A stretch of 64,000 nt of DNA from Opitutia bacterium (GTDB lineage Bacteria > Verrucomicrobiota > Verrucomicrobiia > Opitutales > T3Sed10-336), in NCBI GenBank assembly GCA_050506795.1, contig JBJHCF010000005.1, positions 1 through 64,000 on the forward strand. Direction: 5' to 3'. The notes beneath the pieces were generated by a model that worked only from the letters and a program-made list of their open reading frames with translations, did no database searches and was not told the DNA's origin. Numbering within the stretch: position 1 is the stretch's first letter; every line of letters begins with the position of its first letter. Position numbers and translations under genes: made by a program. Below, piece by piece: positions 19,477 to 31,156 of this stretch.

Positions 19477-20361
19477 TCAGGCGAGCACCCAGTCCTTTGG
19501 GTCGTAAGCGGGGACGGCGCCGTCGCGGGTGGCGATAAATTCTCCGAACCGGCAGGCGTTCTCCAGGACCCTTGCCGGGTCGTGGCGGCCCGCAAGGTAA
19601 TTCAGTGCGAAGGCGGCCAGAAAGCCGTCCCCGGCTCCCACCGTGTCGCGCACTTCGACCGGCCGTCCCTCGGAGGCGAACCAACGGTTGTGGTCGAGAA
19701 ACACCGCGCCTTTCTCCGCCCGGGTGACGCATACCCGTGGCACCCCGGTCTGGTCGGCCAGCGTCCGGGTCGCCTCTTCCAGGGGTTGATTTTCGCGGTC
19801 GAGCAGGCGGTGGAGTTCCTCTTCATTGACCTTGAGCAGGTCGGCAGGGCGGGCCAGTTCGGCGACCAGGGCGAGATCGTCGAAAGGCGGCCGCAGATTG
19901 ACGTCGTAGATCTTGAACGGGCCGTCGAGTTTCAGCAGTTGCCGAATCGCCGCCCGGTTGTGTTGCTGGCGTTGAGCCAGGGTTCCGTAGACGAGGGCGT
20001 GGGCGGAGCCGGTGCGCTCCAGTACGGCATCATCCACCGGGATCCGGTCCCACGCGACCGGTTGGGCGATGGTGTAGGTGGCGTTGCCGGAGGCGTCGAT
20101 GCGCACTTTAACGGTGCCGGTGGGAAGATCGGGGTCTCGGCGAACCAGATCGGTCGAAAGGCCTTCGCCATTCAGGCGGTCCATGGCTTCCTCGCCGAGG
20201 AAATCCTCTCCGAGGGCGCTGGCCGGGTAAGCCCCGGCACCCAGGCGCTGCAGGTGCCGAGCGACGTTGATCGGGGCTCCGCCGAAGAAAAGGCCTTCCG
20301 GGAGGCAGTCCCAAAGGGCTTCGCCGTAGCAGACGATGTTTGGTGCGGTGGTTGCGGTCAT
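19477..20361 (-). CDS. PfkB carbohydrate kinase (fructokinase-like)
   Basis: GEALWD, GGAPINVA, DVNLRP, DTVGAGDGF. Confidence 0.92.
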   Translation of the reverse strand: MTATTAPNIVCYGEALWDCLPEGLFFGGAPINVARHLQRLGAGAYPASALGEDFLGEEAMDRLNGEGLSTDLVRRDPDLPTGTVKVRIDASGNATYTIAQPVAWDRIPVDDAVLERTGSAHALVYGTLAQRQQHNRAAIRQLLKLDGPFKIYDVNLRPPFDDLALVAELARPADLLKVNEEELHRLLDRENQPLEEATRTLADQTGVPRVCVTRAEKGAVFLDHNRWFASEGRPVEVRDTVGAGDGFLAAFALNYLAGRHDPARVLENACRFGEFIATRDGAVPAYDPKDWVLA

Positions 20362-20694
20362 GGTTCGGAAATGGATTTTCGCTCGTGGAATCGCCCTTGA
20401 GCCATTTGAGGCGCGGGGTGGCGAATGGGTCAAGCCGAACGATCGAGGGGATGTACGCGGCCACGGCTTTCCATCCGGCCTCTTCATTTTTCGGTTACCA
20501 GCCGGGAGTGTTGTCGGTTGCCACTGCAGACCTCACGACCGGTGTTGACGAAAGGCGTTTCTCCGGGCAATCAGGTATGGCGTCTCCGGTGGTCGCCTCC
20601 TGAATCAAGGTGAACGTTCACCGCTGAAGGAGAGGATGCTTCGACCCGGGGAAAATTTGTCTGGAATGCCAATGTTAACCTGAGAATCAGAGCG

Positions 20695-22044
20695 ATGAAT
20701 ACCTACGTCTTCAGGTGTGCGGTTGTTGCGGCTATGGGAGGGTTCCTGTTCGGTTTCGACACCGTGGTGATTTCCGGTGCGGAGCAGGCCGTCCAGCAGC
20801 TGTGGGGGTTGAGCGATGCGATGCACGGTTTGGCGATGAGCATCGCCTTATGGGGAACATTGACCGGCGCATTGATCGGCGGTCTGCCCAGCGACCGTTT
20901 CGGAAGGCAGCGAACCCTGGTTTTCATAGGCGCCTTGTACCTGATTTCCGCCATCGGTTCGGCGCTGGCTCCGGACCCCGTCACCTTTATGGTCTCCCGG
21001 TTCATCGGCGGTCTGGCGGTGGGGATTTCAACGGTGGCCGCCCCGATTTACATCTCCGAGATCGCGCCGGCCCGCCTCAGGGGGCGTCTCACCGGAATGT
21101 TCCAGTTTAATATCGTTCTCGGGATTCTGGTAGCGTTTGGGTCGAACGCGCTTCTTGCCGGCGCCGGCGAAAACGCCTGGCGGTGGATGCTGGGGGTCGA
21201 GGCCCTTCCGGCGCTGATTTTCGCAGGTTTCTGTCTCACGATTCCGGAAAGTCCCCGGTGGCTAATAGGGCGAAAGGGCGATCGGGAAACGGCGCGGAAG
21301 ACCTTCGCGCTGGTTGAGCCTGAACTCTCACCGAAGCGGATTGACGCCAAGGTTGAGGAAGTTGCCGGTTTGGCTCAAACCCCGACCAGCCGGGCGCCGT
21401 TTTGGACCTGGCGACTGAGGGTGCCCATCATGCTGGCGTTTTTCGTGGCTTTTTTTAACCAGCTTTCGGGGATCAACGCGGTGCTTTACTTCGCTCCGCG
21501 AATCTTTCAAATGACTGGTTTGGAGGAAGGTGCGGCCCTGCTGCAGTCGGTCGGCATCGGAGTTACCAATCTCCTTTTTACGCTCGTGGGTCTCTGGCTG
21601 ATCGACAAAATCGGGCGAAGAACCCTGCTGTACATTGGGTCTTTTGGGTACATTCTCTCGTTGGGGCTGGTCTCGTGGGCGTTTTTCGCCGGACAGTTCG
21701 CCATGGTGCCGTTTCTGATTTTTGCCTTCATCGCCGCCCATGCTGTGGGACAGGGGGCCGTGATTTGGGTCTTGATTTCTGAGATCTTTCCCAACCGTCA
21801 GAGGGCTTACGGCCAAGCGCTTGGGAGTTCCACTCACTGGGGGTTTGCCGCGCTGTTGACCCTGGTGTTTCCGACCATGGCCACTCTTCTGGCTCCGGGG
21901 TTCATCTTCCTGTTTTTTTGTTTTATGATGGTTCTGCAACTCCTTTGGGTGATCTTCTTTGTGCCGGAAACCAAGGGCCGGCCGCTTGAGGAGATAGAGA
22001 AGGAACTGGGCGTCAGTTCGTCGAGCGGCGACGTGCCGCATTAA
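20695..22044 (+). CDS. Sugar porter family MFS transporter
   Basis: GGFLFGFDTVVISGA, PESPRWL, QLSGIN, PETKG. Confidence 0.95.
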   Translation: MNTYVFRCAVVAAMGGFLFGFDTVVISGAEQAVQQLWGLSDAMHGLAMSIALWGTLTGALIGGLPSDRFGRQRTLVFIGALYLISAIGSALAPDPVTFMVSRFIGGLAVGISTVAAPIYISEIAPARLRGRLTGMFQFNIVLGILVAFGSNALLAGAGENAWRWMLGVEALPALIFAGFCLTIPESPRWLIGRKGDRETARKTFALVEPELSPKRIDAKVEEVAGLAQTPTSRAPFWTWRLRVPIMLAFFVAFFNQLSGINAVLYFAPRIFQMTGLEEGAALLQSVGIGVTNLLFTLVGLWLIDKIGRRTLLYIGSFGYILSLGLVSWAFFAGQFAMVPFLIFAFIAAHAVGQGAVIWVLISEIFPNRQRAYGQALGSSTHWGFAALLTLVFPTMATLLAPGFIFLFFCFMMVLQLLWVIFFVPETKGRPLEEIEKELGVSSSSGDVPH

Positions 22045-22098
22045 GAAGTCTCTCATCATGGCCATGGACGAAAGGTTGACGGGGAAGGGTGTGGGGTC

Positions 22099-22686
22099 GT
22101 GATCATCGGGTTAACCGGGGGAATGGCCTGTGGTAAGAGCGCGGCTGCCGAGGCGTTTCGCGCCGAGGGATTCGAATCCATTGATACCGACGAACTGGTG
22201 CGGGAAATCCTGCGCGACGATCCCCGGGTGAAGGAGGCCTTGTTAAGCCGCTATGGAGTGGCCGTTATGACCTCCGAGGGCGAGGTTGACCGGAAAGCGC
22301 TGGCGAAAATCGTTTTTGCCTCTTCCGCGGACCTGGCGTGGTTGGAGTCCCTTCTGCATCCGGAAGTGGACCGGCTTTGGCGCGAACGGGTTTCCGCGGA
22401 ACCCGAGCGGAATTGGGTCATTCAGGTTCCCCTTTTGTTTGAAGCCGGAATGGAAGATGGGTTTCAGGCTACGGTATGTGTGGCGGCTTCCCCGGGAGTG
22501 CGCCGGGAACGGATTCGCGCCCGTGGCATGAGCGATGTCGAGGCGGCTTCCCGCGACGCCCGTCAGTTTCCGCTGGAAAAAAAGATGGATCTGGCCGACC
22601 ACGTGATAATAAACGATGGTTCGCGGCGTTTTTTGCGCGAGCAGGTGCGGGAACTGGTGCGAATCCTCAAAATCCGGCAGTCGTGA
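22099..22686 (+). CDS. coaE: Dephospho-CoA kinase
   Basis: IGLTGGMACGKS, DRKALA, LHP, VPLLFE. Confidence 0.95.
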   Translation: MIIGLTGGMACGKSAAAEAFRAEGFESIDTDELVREILRDDPRVKEALLSRYGVAVMTSEGEVDRKALAKIVFASSADLAWLESLLHPEVDRLWRERVSAEPERNWVIQVPLLFEAGMEDGFQATVCVAASPGVRRERIRARGMSDVEAASRDARQFPLEKKMDLADHVIINDGSRRFLREQVRELVRILKIRQS

Positions 22687-22912
22687 ACAAGAGAAGATCA
22701 AAAACGGGCTCTTTTTCGGCGACCGGCTCGGTCCTCCTGGCGCCCGGACGGTTCCCGGCGAATTTATTCGTTGCGCCGCCTGTGGCATACTGTTCCAATA
22801 TTTTCACCGTCGAAGTCGACCGACCGGCTCCCGTGTTCCGCCACTCGCCGTGCCGACGTTTCGAAGTGAAGATCTGGTAAATCAACCCATCAACGTTCTC
22901 ATCCAAGCGCCC

Positions 22913-24643
22913 GTGACATCCGCCGACGATTTTATCATCCAGCTCATCGAAGAAAAAGGACTCGTGTCCACGGACGTGGTCGAAGCAACGCGGCGGCAGA
23001 TCCAGGAGGAGACCGAGCATGATATGATCCAGCGCAGTGTGGTGGATCGGCTGATTGAGGAAGGGGTTCTCGATTCGGGGCGTGTGACCCATATGCTGGC
23101 GGATGAGTTCGGCATGCCCATGGTGGAGCCGGGCAAGTTGAAGCCGCAAAAGGAAGCCTTGGCGGCGATCTCCAAGGAGTTGGTGCTGCGGTACAAGGTG
23201 TTTCCTTTAACCATGGATGGCAACACCTTACAGGTTGCGATTACCGACCCGCTGGACGTGGACACCATCGACAATCTCAGTCACGTTCTCCAGTTGGCGG
23301 TCGAGCCGGTGGTGGCCGCCCGCAAGGATGTCGACGAGGCCATCCAGAAGTACTACGTCGAGGAAACGGTGGAGAGTCAGCTCTCGGAGTTGGGCGAGGA
23401 AATCGGCGAGGAGCGAAGCCTAAAGCTGGGCGGGGATCTTCCGGGAGTCGATGACGATACCGTATCGGAGGACGACGCACCGATTATCCGGCTCGTTTAC
23501 ATGGTGATCACCGAGGCGATCAAACGCCGGGCTTCCGATATTCACCTGGAGCCCCTGGAAAAACGGTTCCGGGTGCGTTACCGCATCGACGGCGTGTTGC
23601 ACGAAGTTGAAAATCCGCCCAAACGCCTGCAACTGGCCATTATCTCCCGTCTGAAAATCATGGCGCAGATCAGCATCGCGGAGAAGCGCATCCCTCAAGA
23701 CGGGCGTATTCAAGTCAAACTCACCGATCGCGAGCTCGATCTGCGGGTTTCGTCTTTGCCGACCGAGCACGGCGAAAGCATTGTCATGCGAATCCTGGAT
23801 AAGGAAGGATTGAAGCTCGGCCTCCCGGAGCTCGGCTTTCTCAGTGACGACCAAAACACCTTTGAGAAAATTATATCGCTGCCGGACGGCATTTTTCTGG
23901 TTACCGGTCCCACCGGTTCCGGTAAAACCACCACCCTGTACGCCTGTTTGAACTACATTAATCGCCCCGACCGGAAGATCATCACGGTGGAGGATCCGGT
24001 GGAGTACCAGCTTAGCGGAATCAACCAGGTCCAGGTGCGGGCGGAGATCAAAATGACGTTTTCCGCCGCCTTGCGGGCCATGTTGCGTCAGGCGCCCAAC
24101 ATCATCATGATCGGGGAGATCCGTGACGCCGAGACGGGGCACATCGCCATCAACGCCTCGTTGACGGGTCACATGGTCTTCAGCACTCTGCACACCAACG
24201 ATGCTCCCAGTGCGGTGACTCGTTTGATCGATATCGGCGTTAAGCCCTTCCTGGTGTCGGCGTCGTTGCGTGCCACCATGGCTCAGCGCCTGGTGCGGCG
24301 AGTTTGTGCGAAATGCCGGGAACAGTACCAGGCCACCGATCGCGAATTGCGTTCATTGAGTATCAATGACGAAGAGGCCGCCTCCGCCAGGTTCATGCGC
24401 GGCAAAGGATGCGAATCCTGCAACGGAACCGGATTCCGCGGCCGCATGGGGATTTTCGAGATTTTCATGCTAAACGAGGAGATTCGTTCGTTGATTTACG
24501 AGAACACTTCCACCCAGAAGCTTCGGGCAAAAGCTCGTCAATTGGGCATGCGTTCCATGCGAGAGGATGGCATTCGCAAGGTGACCAGCGGAATGACCAC
24601 CTTCGAGGAAGTCCTCAACGTCACGATCGGCGATTCCTACTGA
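22913..24643 (+). CDS. pilB: Type IV pilus/T2SS extension ATPase PilB/GspE (copy 1)
   Basis: [31 protein letters not shown], CxxC..CxxC; GTG start inferred. Confidence 0.9.
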   Translation: MTSADDFIIQLIEEKGLVSTDVVEATRRQIQEETEHDMIQRSVVDRLIEEGVLDSGRVTHMLADEFGMPMVEPGKLKPQKEALAAISKELVLRYKVFPLTMDGNTLQVAITDPLDVDTIDNLSHVLQLAVEPVVAARKDVDEAIQKYYVEETVESQLSELGEEIGEERSLKLGGDLPGVDDDTVSEDDAPIIRLVYMVITEAIKRRASDIHLEPLEKRFRVRYRIDGVLHEVENPPKRLQLAIISRLKIMAQISIAEKRIPQDGRIQVKLTDRELDLRVSSLPTEHGESIVMRILDKEGLKLGLPELGFLSDDQNTFEKIISLPDGIFLVTGPTGSGKTTTLYACLNYINRPDRKIITVEDPVEYQLSGINQVQVRAEIKMTFSAALRAMLRQAPNIIMIGEIRDAETGHIAINASLTGHMVFSTLHTNDAPSAVTRLIDIGVKPFLVSASLRATMAQRLVRRVCAKCREQYQATDRELRSLSINDEEAASARFMRGKGCESCNGTGFRGRMGIFEIFMLNEEIRSLIYENTSTQKLRAKARQLGMRSMREDGIRKVTSGMTTFEEVLNVTIGDSY

Positions 24644-24692
24644 AATTGATCGATTCTTCCGCCGTTTTTCTCACACCTTCGGAATAACCATT

Positions 24693-25775
24693 ATGAGCTA
24701 CGACATGAACGACCTTTTGCACCTTACGGTTAACGAGGGTGCTTCCGATCTTCACCTCCAGGTTGGTCAGCCTCCCACCCTTCGGGTGCATGGCGGCCTG
24801 ACGCCGGTCGAAGGGGACAACCTCAGACCCGAAGATACGGAAATGCTGATGGAATCGATCACACCGGATGTCCACCAGCAGCAGGTGAAAACCCAGGGGG
24901 GAGCCGATTTCGGCTTCGCCTTCCTGGACAAGGCTCGATTCCGGGTCAGCGTGCTCAAGGCAAAAGGGTATTACGGAATGGTCCTCCGTCAGATTCCCAA
25001 CGACCTTTTCGGGCTTCGGCAGATCGGATTGCCGGACAGCATCCGCGATTTGCTCTACATTCCGCGTGGTTTGATCCTTGTTACCGGTCCCACCGGTTCC
25101 GGTAAAACCACCACCCTGGCCTCGATGCTCAACTACATCAATGAGAACCGGGACGCTCACGTGATCACCATCGAGGATCCGATCGAGTACTATCACAACC
25201 ACAAAAAGTCCATCATCACTCAACGCGAGCTGGGCAACGACGTTCCCAGTTTCGAGGAGGCCATTCGCCGAGCGCTTCGTCAGGATCCGGACGTGATTCT
25301 GGTGGGGGAAATGCGCGACCTGGCCACCATTGAAGCCGCGGTGACCGCGGCGGAAACGGGCCACTTGGTGTTTGGAACGCTGCACACCACGGGGGCGGCA
25401 CGAACGGTGGACCGAATCGTCGACGCCTTTCCGGCCAATGCCAAGGACATGATTCGAACCCAGTTGGCGTCCTCCATCGTGGCGGTAATTTCTCAGGTCC
25501 TCTGTAAAAAGGTGGGGGGCGGACGGGTAGCCGGCTTCGAGCTGATGATCACGACCAATTCCATCCGCGCGCTGATCCGGGATAACAAAACCTACCGGAT
25601 CGCCTCCGATATTCAAACCGGGGCCAACATCGGCATGATCACCCTTGATGCGCACCTGCTCAGCCTTTTCAACAAGGGGAGCATTACGGCGGATGAGGCA
25701 TTGGACAAAGCTCAGGATACTCAGGAAATGAAGGAAAAACTGATCTCGCTCGGAGCCGAGCTCCAACGTCGCTGA
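24693..25775 (+). CDS. pilT: Type IV pilus retraction ATPase PilT
   Basis: [47 protein letters not shown]. Confidence 0.95.
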   Translation: MSYDMNDLLHLTVNEGASDLHLQVGQPPTLRVHGGLTPVEGDNLRPEDTEMLMESITPDVHQQQVKTQGGADFGFAFLDKARFRVSVLKAKGYYGMVLRQIPNDLFGLRQIGLPDSIRDLLYIPRGLILVTGPTGSGKTTTLASMLNYINENRDAHVITIEDPIEYYHNHKKSIITQRELGNDVPSFEEAIRRALRQDPDVILVGEMRDLATIEAAVTAAETGHLVFGTLHTTGAARTVDRIVDAFPANAKDMIRTQLASSIVAVISQVLCKKVGGGRVAGFELMITTNSIRALIRDNKTYRIASDIQTGANIGMITLDAHLLSLFNKGSITADEALDKAQDTQEMKEKLISLGAELQRR

Positions 25776-25795
25776 TTTCCTGAAACTCTCTTCCT

Positions 25796-27484
25796 ATGTA
25801 CGAAGCGCACGACCAAGCCATTCTCGAGATTTTCAAGGAAAGCGATCTGCTTACCAAGAATCAGTTGGATGAACTCCAACTGGAGCATGATCGCACCGCC
25901 AAACCCTTGGCCGATGTGATTCTCGATTCCGAGTTGATCGACAAGAACCCCTTTTTCCAGGCGGTGGCCGATCATCTCGGCATGGAATACGTGTCCGATC
26001 CGCCGAATGAGGTCGACAAGGAGACGGTTCAGGTGCTTCAGCCCAGCATGGCGCGCATGTATGGCGTCATGCCTATCGCGGTCTCAGGCGGAGCGATACA
26101 TGCCCTGGTGATCGATCCCTTCAACGCCCAGGTGATCGATGACCTGACCTTCGCCCTGGGCAAGGATGTTGTTCTCTACGTTGCGGATCCGTTGAGAATC
26201 CGCGAGATGATCCGCGATCATTACGGCGAAGAGGACGCGTCGGTGGAGGACCTTCTTCACGAGATGGAGGATACCCATTTCGAGATCGGTGAGGACGCGT
26301 CGGAATCGGATTTGGAAGAGGCCGCCAGCCAGACCCCGATTATTCGATTTGTGAATCTGGTTCTCAGCCAGGCGGTTCGGGACCAGGCTTCCGACATCCA
26401 TTTCGAGCCGTTTGAGGACGAGTTCAAAATTCGATACCGCATTGACGGAGCGCTTTATGAAATGGCGCCCCCGCCCCTGAGTCTGGCGGTGCCGGTCACT
26501 TCCCGTGTCAAGGTCATCGCCAATCTCAATATTTCCGAACGTCGGATTCCTCAGGATGGACGTATTAAGATGACCATTGCCGGTCACCCGGTCGACCTCC
26601 GAGTTTCCACCCTGCCTACTCAATTCGGTGAAAGCGTGGTGCTTCGTGTTTTGGACAAGTCGGTGGTCAATCTCGACCTGGAAGCGCTCAGCATGCCGGA
26701 CGACGTGTATGAGGCGGTCAATGAGGTGATTCACCTGCCCAATGGAATTTTCATTGCCACCGGCCCGACCGGCAGCGGTAAAACCACGACCCTTTACAGC
26801 GGATTGCGCAAGGTCAATCGGGTGGAAAAGAAGATTCTAACCGCGGAGGATCCGGTTGAGTACGAGATCGAGGGCATCATGCAGGTGCCGGTAAACAGTG
26901 CGGTGGGACTCACCTTTGCCAAGGCGTTGCGCGCTTTCCTTCGTCAGGATCCGGACATCATCATGGTGGGGGAGATTCGTGACCTCGAGACCGCGCAGAT
27001 CGCCATTCAGGCATCGTTGACCGGTCACTTGGTTTTCAGTACGCTGCACACCAACGATTCCAGTGGCGCGGTCACCCGTTTGGTCGACATGGGGCTGGAA
27101 CCGTACCTCATGGCGGCCTCATTGGAAGCCGTAATCGCCCAGCGACTGGTGCGGCGCATTTGCAAGAGCTGCGTCGCTTCCTACGAACCGAGTCAGTCCC
27201 TTATCTCGCAGCTGGAAATTGATCCGGTGGAAATCGGAGAAAGGGAATTCTTTTACGGCAAGGGTTGCGAGGATTGCAACCACAGCGGGTACCGCGGCCG
27301 CCTCGGACTCTTTGAGATGTTGCGGGTTTCGGATGCGTTGAGGGATTTGATCTCGGATCGGGCGCCCGCCCTGGTCCTCCGTCAGAAGGCCCTTGAAGAG
27401 GGCATGCGCACATTGCGCGATGACGGGTTGCGGAATATCTTCGACGGTGCAACCACTATCGAGGAAGTGTTAAAATATACCTAG
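25796..27484 (+). CDS. pilB: PilB/GspE ATPase (copy 2)
   Basis: [30 protein letters not shown]. Confidence 0.92.
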   Translation: MYEAHDQAILEIFKESDLLTKNQLDELQLEHDRTAKPLADVILDSELIDKNPFFQAVADHLGMEYVSDPPNEVDKETVQVLQPSMARMYGVMPIAVSGGAIHALVIDPFNAQVIDDLTFALGKDVVLYVADPLRIREMIRDHYGEEDASVEDLLHEMEDTHFEIGEDASESDLEEAASQTPIIRFVNLVLSQAVRDQASDIHFEPFEDEFKIRYRIDGALYEMAPPPLSLAVPVTSRVKVIANLNISERRIPQDGRIKMTIAGHPVDLRVSTLPTQFGESVVLRVLDKSVVNLDLEALSMPDDVYEAVNEVIHLPNGIFIATGPTGSGKTTTLYSGLRKVNRVEKKILTAEDPVEYEIEGIMQVPVNSAVGLTFAKALRAFLRQDPDIIMVGEIRDLETAQIAIQASLTGHLVFSTLHTNDSSGAVTRLVDMGLEPYLMAASLEAVIAQRLVRRICKSCVASYEPSQSLISQLEIDPVEIGEREFFYGKGCEDCNHSGYRGRLGLFEMLRVSDALRDLISDRAPALVLRQKALEEGMRTLRDDGLRNIFDGATTIEEVLKYT

Positions 27485-27511
27485 TCTTCCACCTTTAGCC
27501 GTTTTTCATCC

Positions 27512-28798
27512 ATGCCAACCTTCTACTACACCGCCATCGATTCGAGCGGAAAACAGCGAACCGGCACTATCGACGCGCCGAGTCAGGACGAGGCAACCAA
27601 TCAGATCAAGGAGCAGCGACTCTTTGTCACAAATATCTCGACCACCAAAAGCGGGATACAGAAGGGAAAAAAGAAGACGGCGAAGAAGAAGGGGACCGGT
27701 TTTTTCTCCACCGCCGCCCCGAGTGGCGGCCGGAAAAAGCCGATGAGCTTCGGCAAGGCGATCAATGCCAAGGGCTTGACCATTTTCACCCGCCAGTTGG
27801 CCACCCTGATTCAGGCGGGTTTGCCGCTTTTACGGAGTCTCGAGGTATTGGCGCGGCAGGAGAAGAATCCGGCGTTCAAATATATTGTGGAGGAATTGGC
27901 TGAGAACGTGCGATCGGGGAACACCTTTTCCGACGGTTTGTCTCAACATCCCAAGATTTTCGACCGGCTTTACGTCAACATGATTCGCGCCGGCGAGGCG
28001 GGCGGGGTGCTCGATGTGGTCCTCAATCGTCTTTCGCGTTTCATGGAAAAAGCTCTCGCCATTCGCGGAAAGATCAAGGCGGCCATGGTTTACCCGGTAA
28101 TCGTTCTCTGTGTGGCGTTTGTCATCCTGGCCGGTCTGCTTGCTTTTGTGGTCCCTCAGTTCCAGGAGATTTTCGACGACATGCTGGACGGGGCACAACT
28201 GCCGGCTTTGACGGAGTGGGTATTGGGTGCCAGTGAGTTTGTGCAGAACAACTTCCTGCTGACCATTGGAATCATGATTGGTCTGTTCGTTGCCTTCAAG
28301 ATCGCGAAAAAAACCGAGAAGGGCACCTATATTCTCGATGTCGCTTTGCTGTACACTCCCCCGGTGGGGGACCTGTTCCGGCGGGCGTCAATCGCCCGTT
28401 TTTCGCGGACGTTCGGCACATTGCTTTCCAGCGGGGTACCGATCCTTCAATGCCTTATCATCACCCGCGAAACCATTGGGAACTCCGTGTTGGAGAATGC
28501 CATCGACAAGGTGCATGACCGTGTTAAGGAAGGGGACTCCGTGGCGGCGCCGTTGGAGCAGACCAAGGTTTTCCCGACCATGGTGACAAGTATGATCGAC
28601 GTCGGAGAGGAGACCGGGGAGCTTCCCGAGATGCTCAATCGTATTGCGGACACCTACGATGAAGAGGTGGACAACGCGGTGGCCAGTCTCACCTCAATCA
28701 TCGAGCCGATCATGATCGTTCTGCTCGCCTTGATCGTCGGTGTGATCGTAATCGCCCTCTTCCTTCCGATTATCCGCATCATCGAGGAGATGTCCTGA
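27512..28798 (+). CDS. pilC: Type IV pilus inner-membrane platform PilC/GspF
   Basis: FTRQLATL, AGEAGG, AMVYP, GEETGEL, IEP. Confidence 0.95.
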   Translation: MPTFYYTAIDSSGKQRTGTIDAPSQDEATNQIKEQRLFVTNISTTKSGIQKGKKKTAKKKGTGFFSTAAPSGGRKKPMSFGKAINAKGLTIFTRQLATLIQAGLPLLRSLEVLARQEKNPAFKYIVEELAENVRSGNTFSDGLSQHPKIFDRLYVNMIRAGEAGGVLDVVLNRLSRFMEKALAIRGKIKAAMVYPVIVLCVAFVILAGLLAFVVPQFQEIFDDMLDGAQLPALTEWVLGASEFVQNNFLLTIGIMIGLFVAFKIAKKTEKGTYILDVALLYTPPVGDLFRRASIARFSRTFGTLLSSGVPILQCLIITRETIGNSVLENAIDKVHDRVKEGDSVAAPLEQTKVFPTMVTSMIDVGEETGELPEMLNRIADTYDEEVDNAVASLTSIIEPIMIVLLALIVGVIVIALFLPIIRIIEEMS

Positions 28799-28847
28799 GC
28801 TCTTGTCGGGACACCCCGACTCACAGTCATCGGGCAAGCGCGATGGC

Positions 28848-29846
28848 TTACTCGCCGTCCGACGGCGGCGTTCTCAGCATCGGGGCCTTGAGGCCGGGGA
28901 GATAGTCGGAAAACGTTTCGGTTTCCGCCGTTTCCCGCAACGCCTGTTGCACCATGCCCATGCGGGCATCGAGGTTATCCACCATGGAGACAAAAACGGC
29001 TTCCGGCGTGGCGGCCATGGCGGCCGCGCCCCACTCCATTTCCCCCTGATGGCTCAGGATAATGTGTTCGAGACGTTCGAGCAGGTCCGGATCCAGTTTT
29101 ACCTTGATCCCCGCTTTCCGAACCATGCGGTAACCGAGAACCACGTGACCCTGCAGAATCCCGGTACGACTTCGCCGAAAGGCAAGGGCGCCTTCGTACT
29201 CCACCGTTTTTCCGATGTCGTGCAGCAGTACGCCGCTCAGCGCCAGGTCGGGATTTACTTCCGGATAAAGGGGGAGAAGGGCTTGGCAGGCGCGCGCCAT
29301 GTGTACCGTGTGTTCCAGCAATCCGCCGCGGCAGGCGTGGTGCATGGAGACCGCGGCCGGCGTGGTTTTGAAGGCGGGAGCGATCTCCGCGAAAACCGTC
29401 TCTACCGTGTCCCGCAGCCCCGGGTGACGGATGGCGGCGACAAATCCGAAGAACTCCTCCATCAGGGCGTCGGGATCTTCCGTCGTCGACGGCACCAAAC
29501 CGTCCAGCACATCGCCTCGTGCCAGGTCGTCTTCGGTCATCAGGTCGAAATCCACCACGCGGGGTGAAAAGCGGTTTTGGTAATGGTCGATTTGACCGCG
29601 AAGGCGGATGGCGACACCTTCACCGGCGTCTTTCAATGCTTCGAAAACGGGACTGTCGTGGAAGCAGGTGAATTGGAACGAACCGGACTTGTCACCGGCT
29701 TCGATGACCAGGAACGGATTGTTGTTTTTTGCCGTGCGGGTGCTCAGCTTGCGAATGAGCAGGATCGCTTCGAACGGCTCTCCGGACTTCCGCTGCGAGG
29801 ATTTTAACTCGGCTACGGTAAGGGGCTTGGACGGGGTGGTGCTCAT
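28848..29846 (-). CDS. yhaM: OB-fold/HD 3'-5' exoribonuclease YhaM/Cbf family
   Basis: PAAVSMHHACRGGLLEH, LHDIGK, ILSHQG, DNLDA. Confidence 0.88.
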   Translation of the reverse strand: MSTTPSKPLTVAELKSSQRKSGEPFEAILLIRKLSTRTAKNNNPFLVIEAGDKSGSFQFTCFHDSPVFEALKDAGEGVAIRLRGQIDHYQNRFSPRVVDFDLMTEDDLARGDVLDGLVPSTTEDPDALMEEFFGFVAAIRHPGLRDTVETVFAEIAPAFKTTPAAVSMHHACRGGLLEHTVHMARACQALLPLYPEVNPDLALSGVLLHDIGKTVEYEGALAFRRSRTGILQGHVVLGYRMVRKAGIKVKLDPDLLERLEHIILSHQGEMEWGAAAMAATPEAVFVSMVDNLDARMGMVQQALRETAETETFSDYLPGLKAPMLRTPPSDGE

Positions 29847-30427
29847 GGTTGCGGGTCGGTGTGTTGTTTGACCAGGGTGTTGAACGGACGAAAACAGGGG
29901 TGGCCGGTGTGTCCGAGAATGCTGTAAAATACGGTTTCCGCCGGCAGCACATGGGCGCCCGCCCCGGACATGGCCCGCAGGGCCGCCTCGGCGTCGTTTG
30001 ACCGTCGGGCGCCGACACAATCGCAGAGAACGGTGACTTCCATTCCCTGATCGATCGCCTGAATGACGCTTTGGTAAACGCAGATCGGGGTTTCCAGTCC
30101 GATAATCAGCAGGTGATGGATTTGTTGCTCGCGTAGACACTCCTCAAATCCTTCCGCTCCAAAACAGGAAAAATGGCTTTTTTCGAATACCGGTGCGTCC
30201 GGCGCTCCGGCCAGGATCTCAGGCAGGGTCGGGCCCAGTTTTTCGGGGACCTGCTCAGTGAAAATAGCGGGAATTTCCAGAAGTGTCGCGGTCGCCACAG
30301 CGAATTTACAGCGACTGGTGAAAGTGTCGGCCGCCGGCAACGCGCGCACAAAAGGGGACTGAATGTCGAGCCCGATAAGGGCCAGGCCGGACAGTTTGGT
30401 AGTGGATTCCTGGTAGGCTTCGGTCAT
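29843..30427 (-). CDS. Isochorismatase family hydrolase
   Basis: DIQ, TEQVPEKLGPT, KSHFSC, ETPICVYQ. Confidence 0.9.
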   Translation of the reverse strand: MTEAYQESTTKLSGLALIGLDIQSPFVRALPAADTFTSRCKFAVATATLLEIPAIFTEQVPEKLGPTLPEILAGAPDAPVFEKSHFSCFGAEGFEECLREQQIHHLLIIGLETPICVYQSVIQAIDQGMEVTVLCDCVGARRSNDAEAALRAMSGAGAHVLPAETVFYSILGHTGHPCFRPFNTLVKQHTDPQP

Positions 30428-30601
30428 GGAGGTGTCATCATAGGATCGTGACCGCTCGAAGAAAGCCTAATCCTTGAAGAATCAACCGGCGCATGGAGGA
30501 AGGGGCGGCGGTATCGCGGTTCGCGACCGTTTGATCCAATCAATCCAAGATTCCTCTTGGAAGTCGAATGGGTCGTGAGTAGGTTGGGGCACGATTGAGA
30601 C

Positions 30602-31156
30602 ATGGATTGGCAGATTAAACCTTTTTCCCGCCGGTGCGGGGTTACCGGCAATGCTTTTGAGGATGGAGACCGCTACATCAGTTTCCTCCTGGTCGACCGG
30701 GAAACCCGTGAGCTCGTGCGGTTCGACATCGCCGAAGCCGAGGCGGAGAGCTTTCAGCCGGATGGAGAAGTGATTTGCCGCTGGTCGCGGGAATTTCGCC
30801 AGGAAGTGGAGGGTGGCCCCAGCGCAAGGCAGCAGCGTGAATCCATCGAATCGGTTTTTGTTTCCCTGTTCGAAGGGGAGTCGGACGATCCGGAGGAGCG
30901 GGAAACCTTGAAGCAGGTGCTCGGGGTTTTTCTCGAGCGCAAGCGGATTCTCAAGGACCGCGGGTTTTGTCACGACGGCGCTTTTCAAGTGATGGAGCAT
31001 CGCAAAACCGGCAACGTGTTTTTGGTTCCCACCGGCCGCATGACGGCGGAGTCGCTGCCCCGTATCCAGGAAAAACTTGGGGAACTGGTCGGAAAACCGG
31101 CGAAACCGCCGGAAAGAAGTCCCGAGGAATCGCCGGCCACTCAGGCCGGTTCGTAG
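30602..31156 (+). CDS. Conserved hypothetical protein
   Basis: 184-aa ORF with natural composition (MDWQIK..C..TG..F; LERKRILK). Confidence 0.75.
   Translation: MDWQIKPFSRRCGVTGNAFEDGDRYISFLLVDRETRELVRFDIAEAEAESFQPDGEVICRWSREFRQEVEGGPSARQQRESIESVFVSLFEGESDDPEERETLKQVLGVFLERKRILKDRGFCHDGAFQVMEHRKTGNVFLVPTGRMTAESLPRIQEKLGELVGKPAKPPERSPEESPATQAGS

Noticed and set aside
30531..30543. FNR box TTGAT..ATCAA
   Set aside because: Spacer is 3 nt rather than 4, and the site is far from the cco operon.
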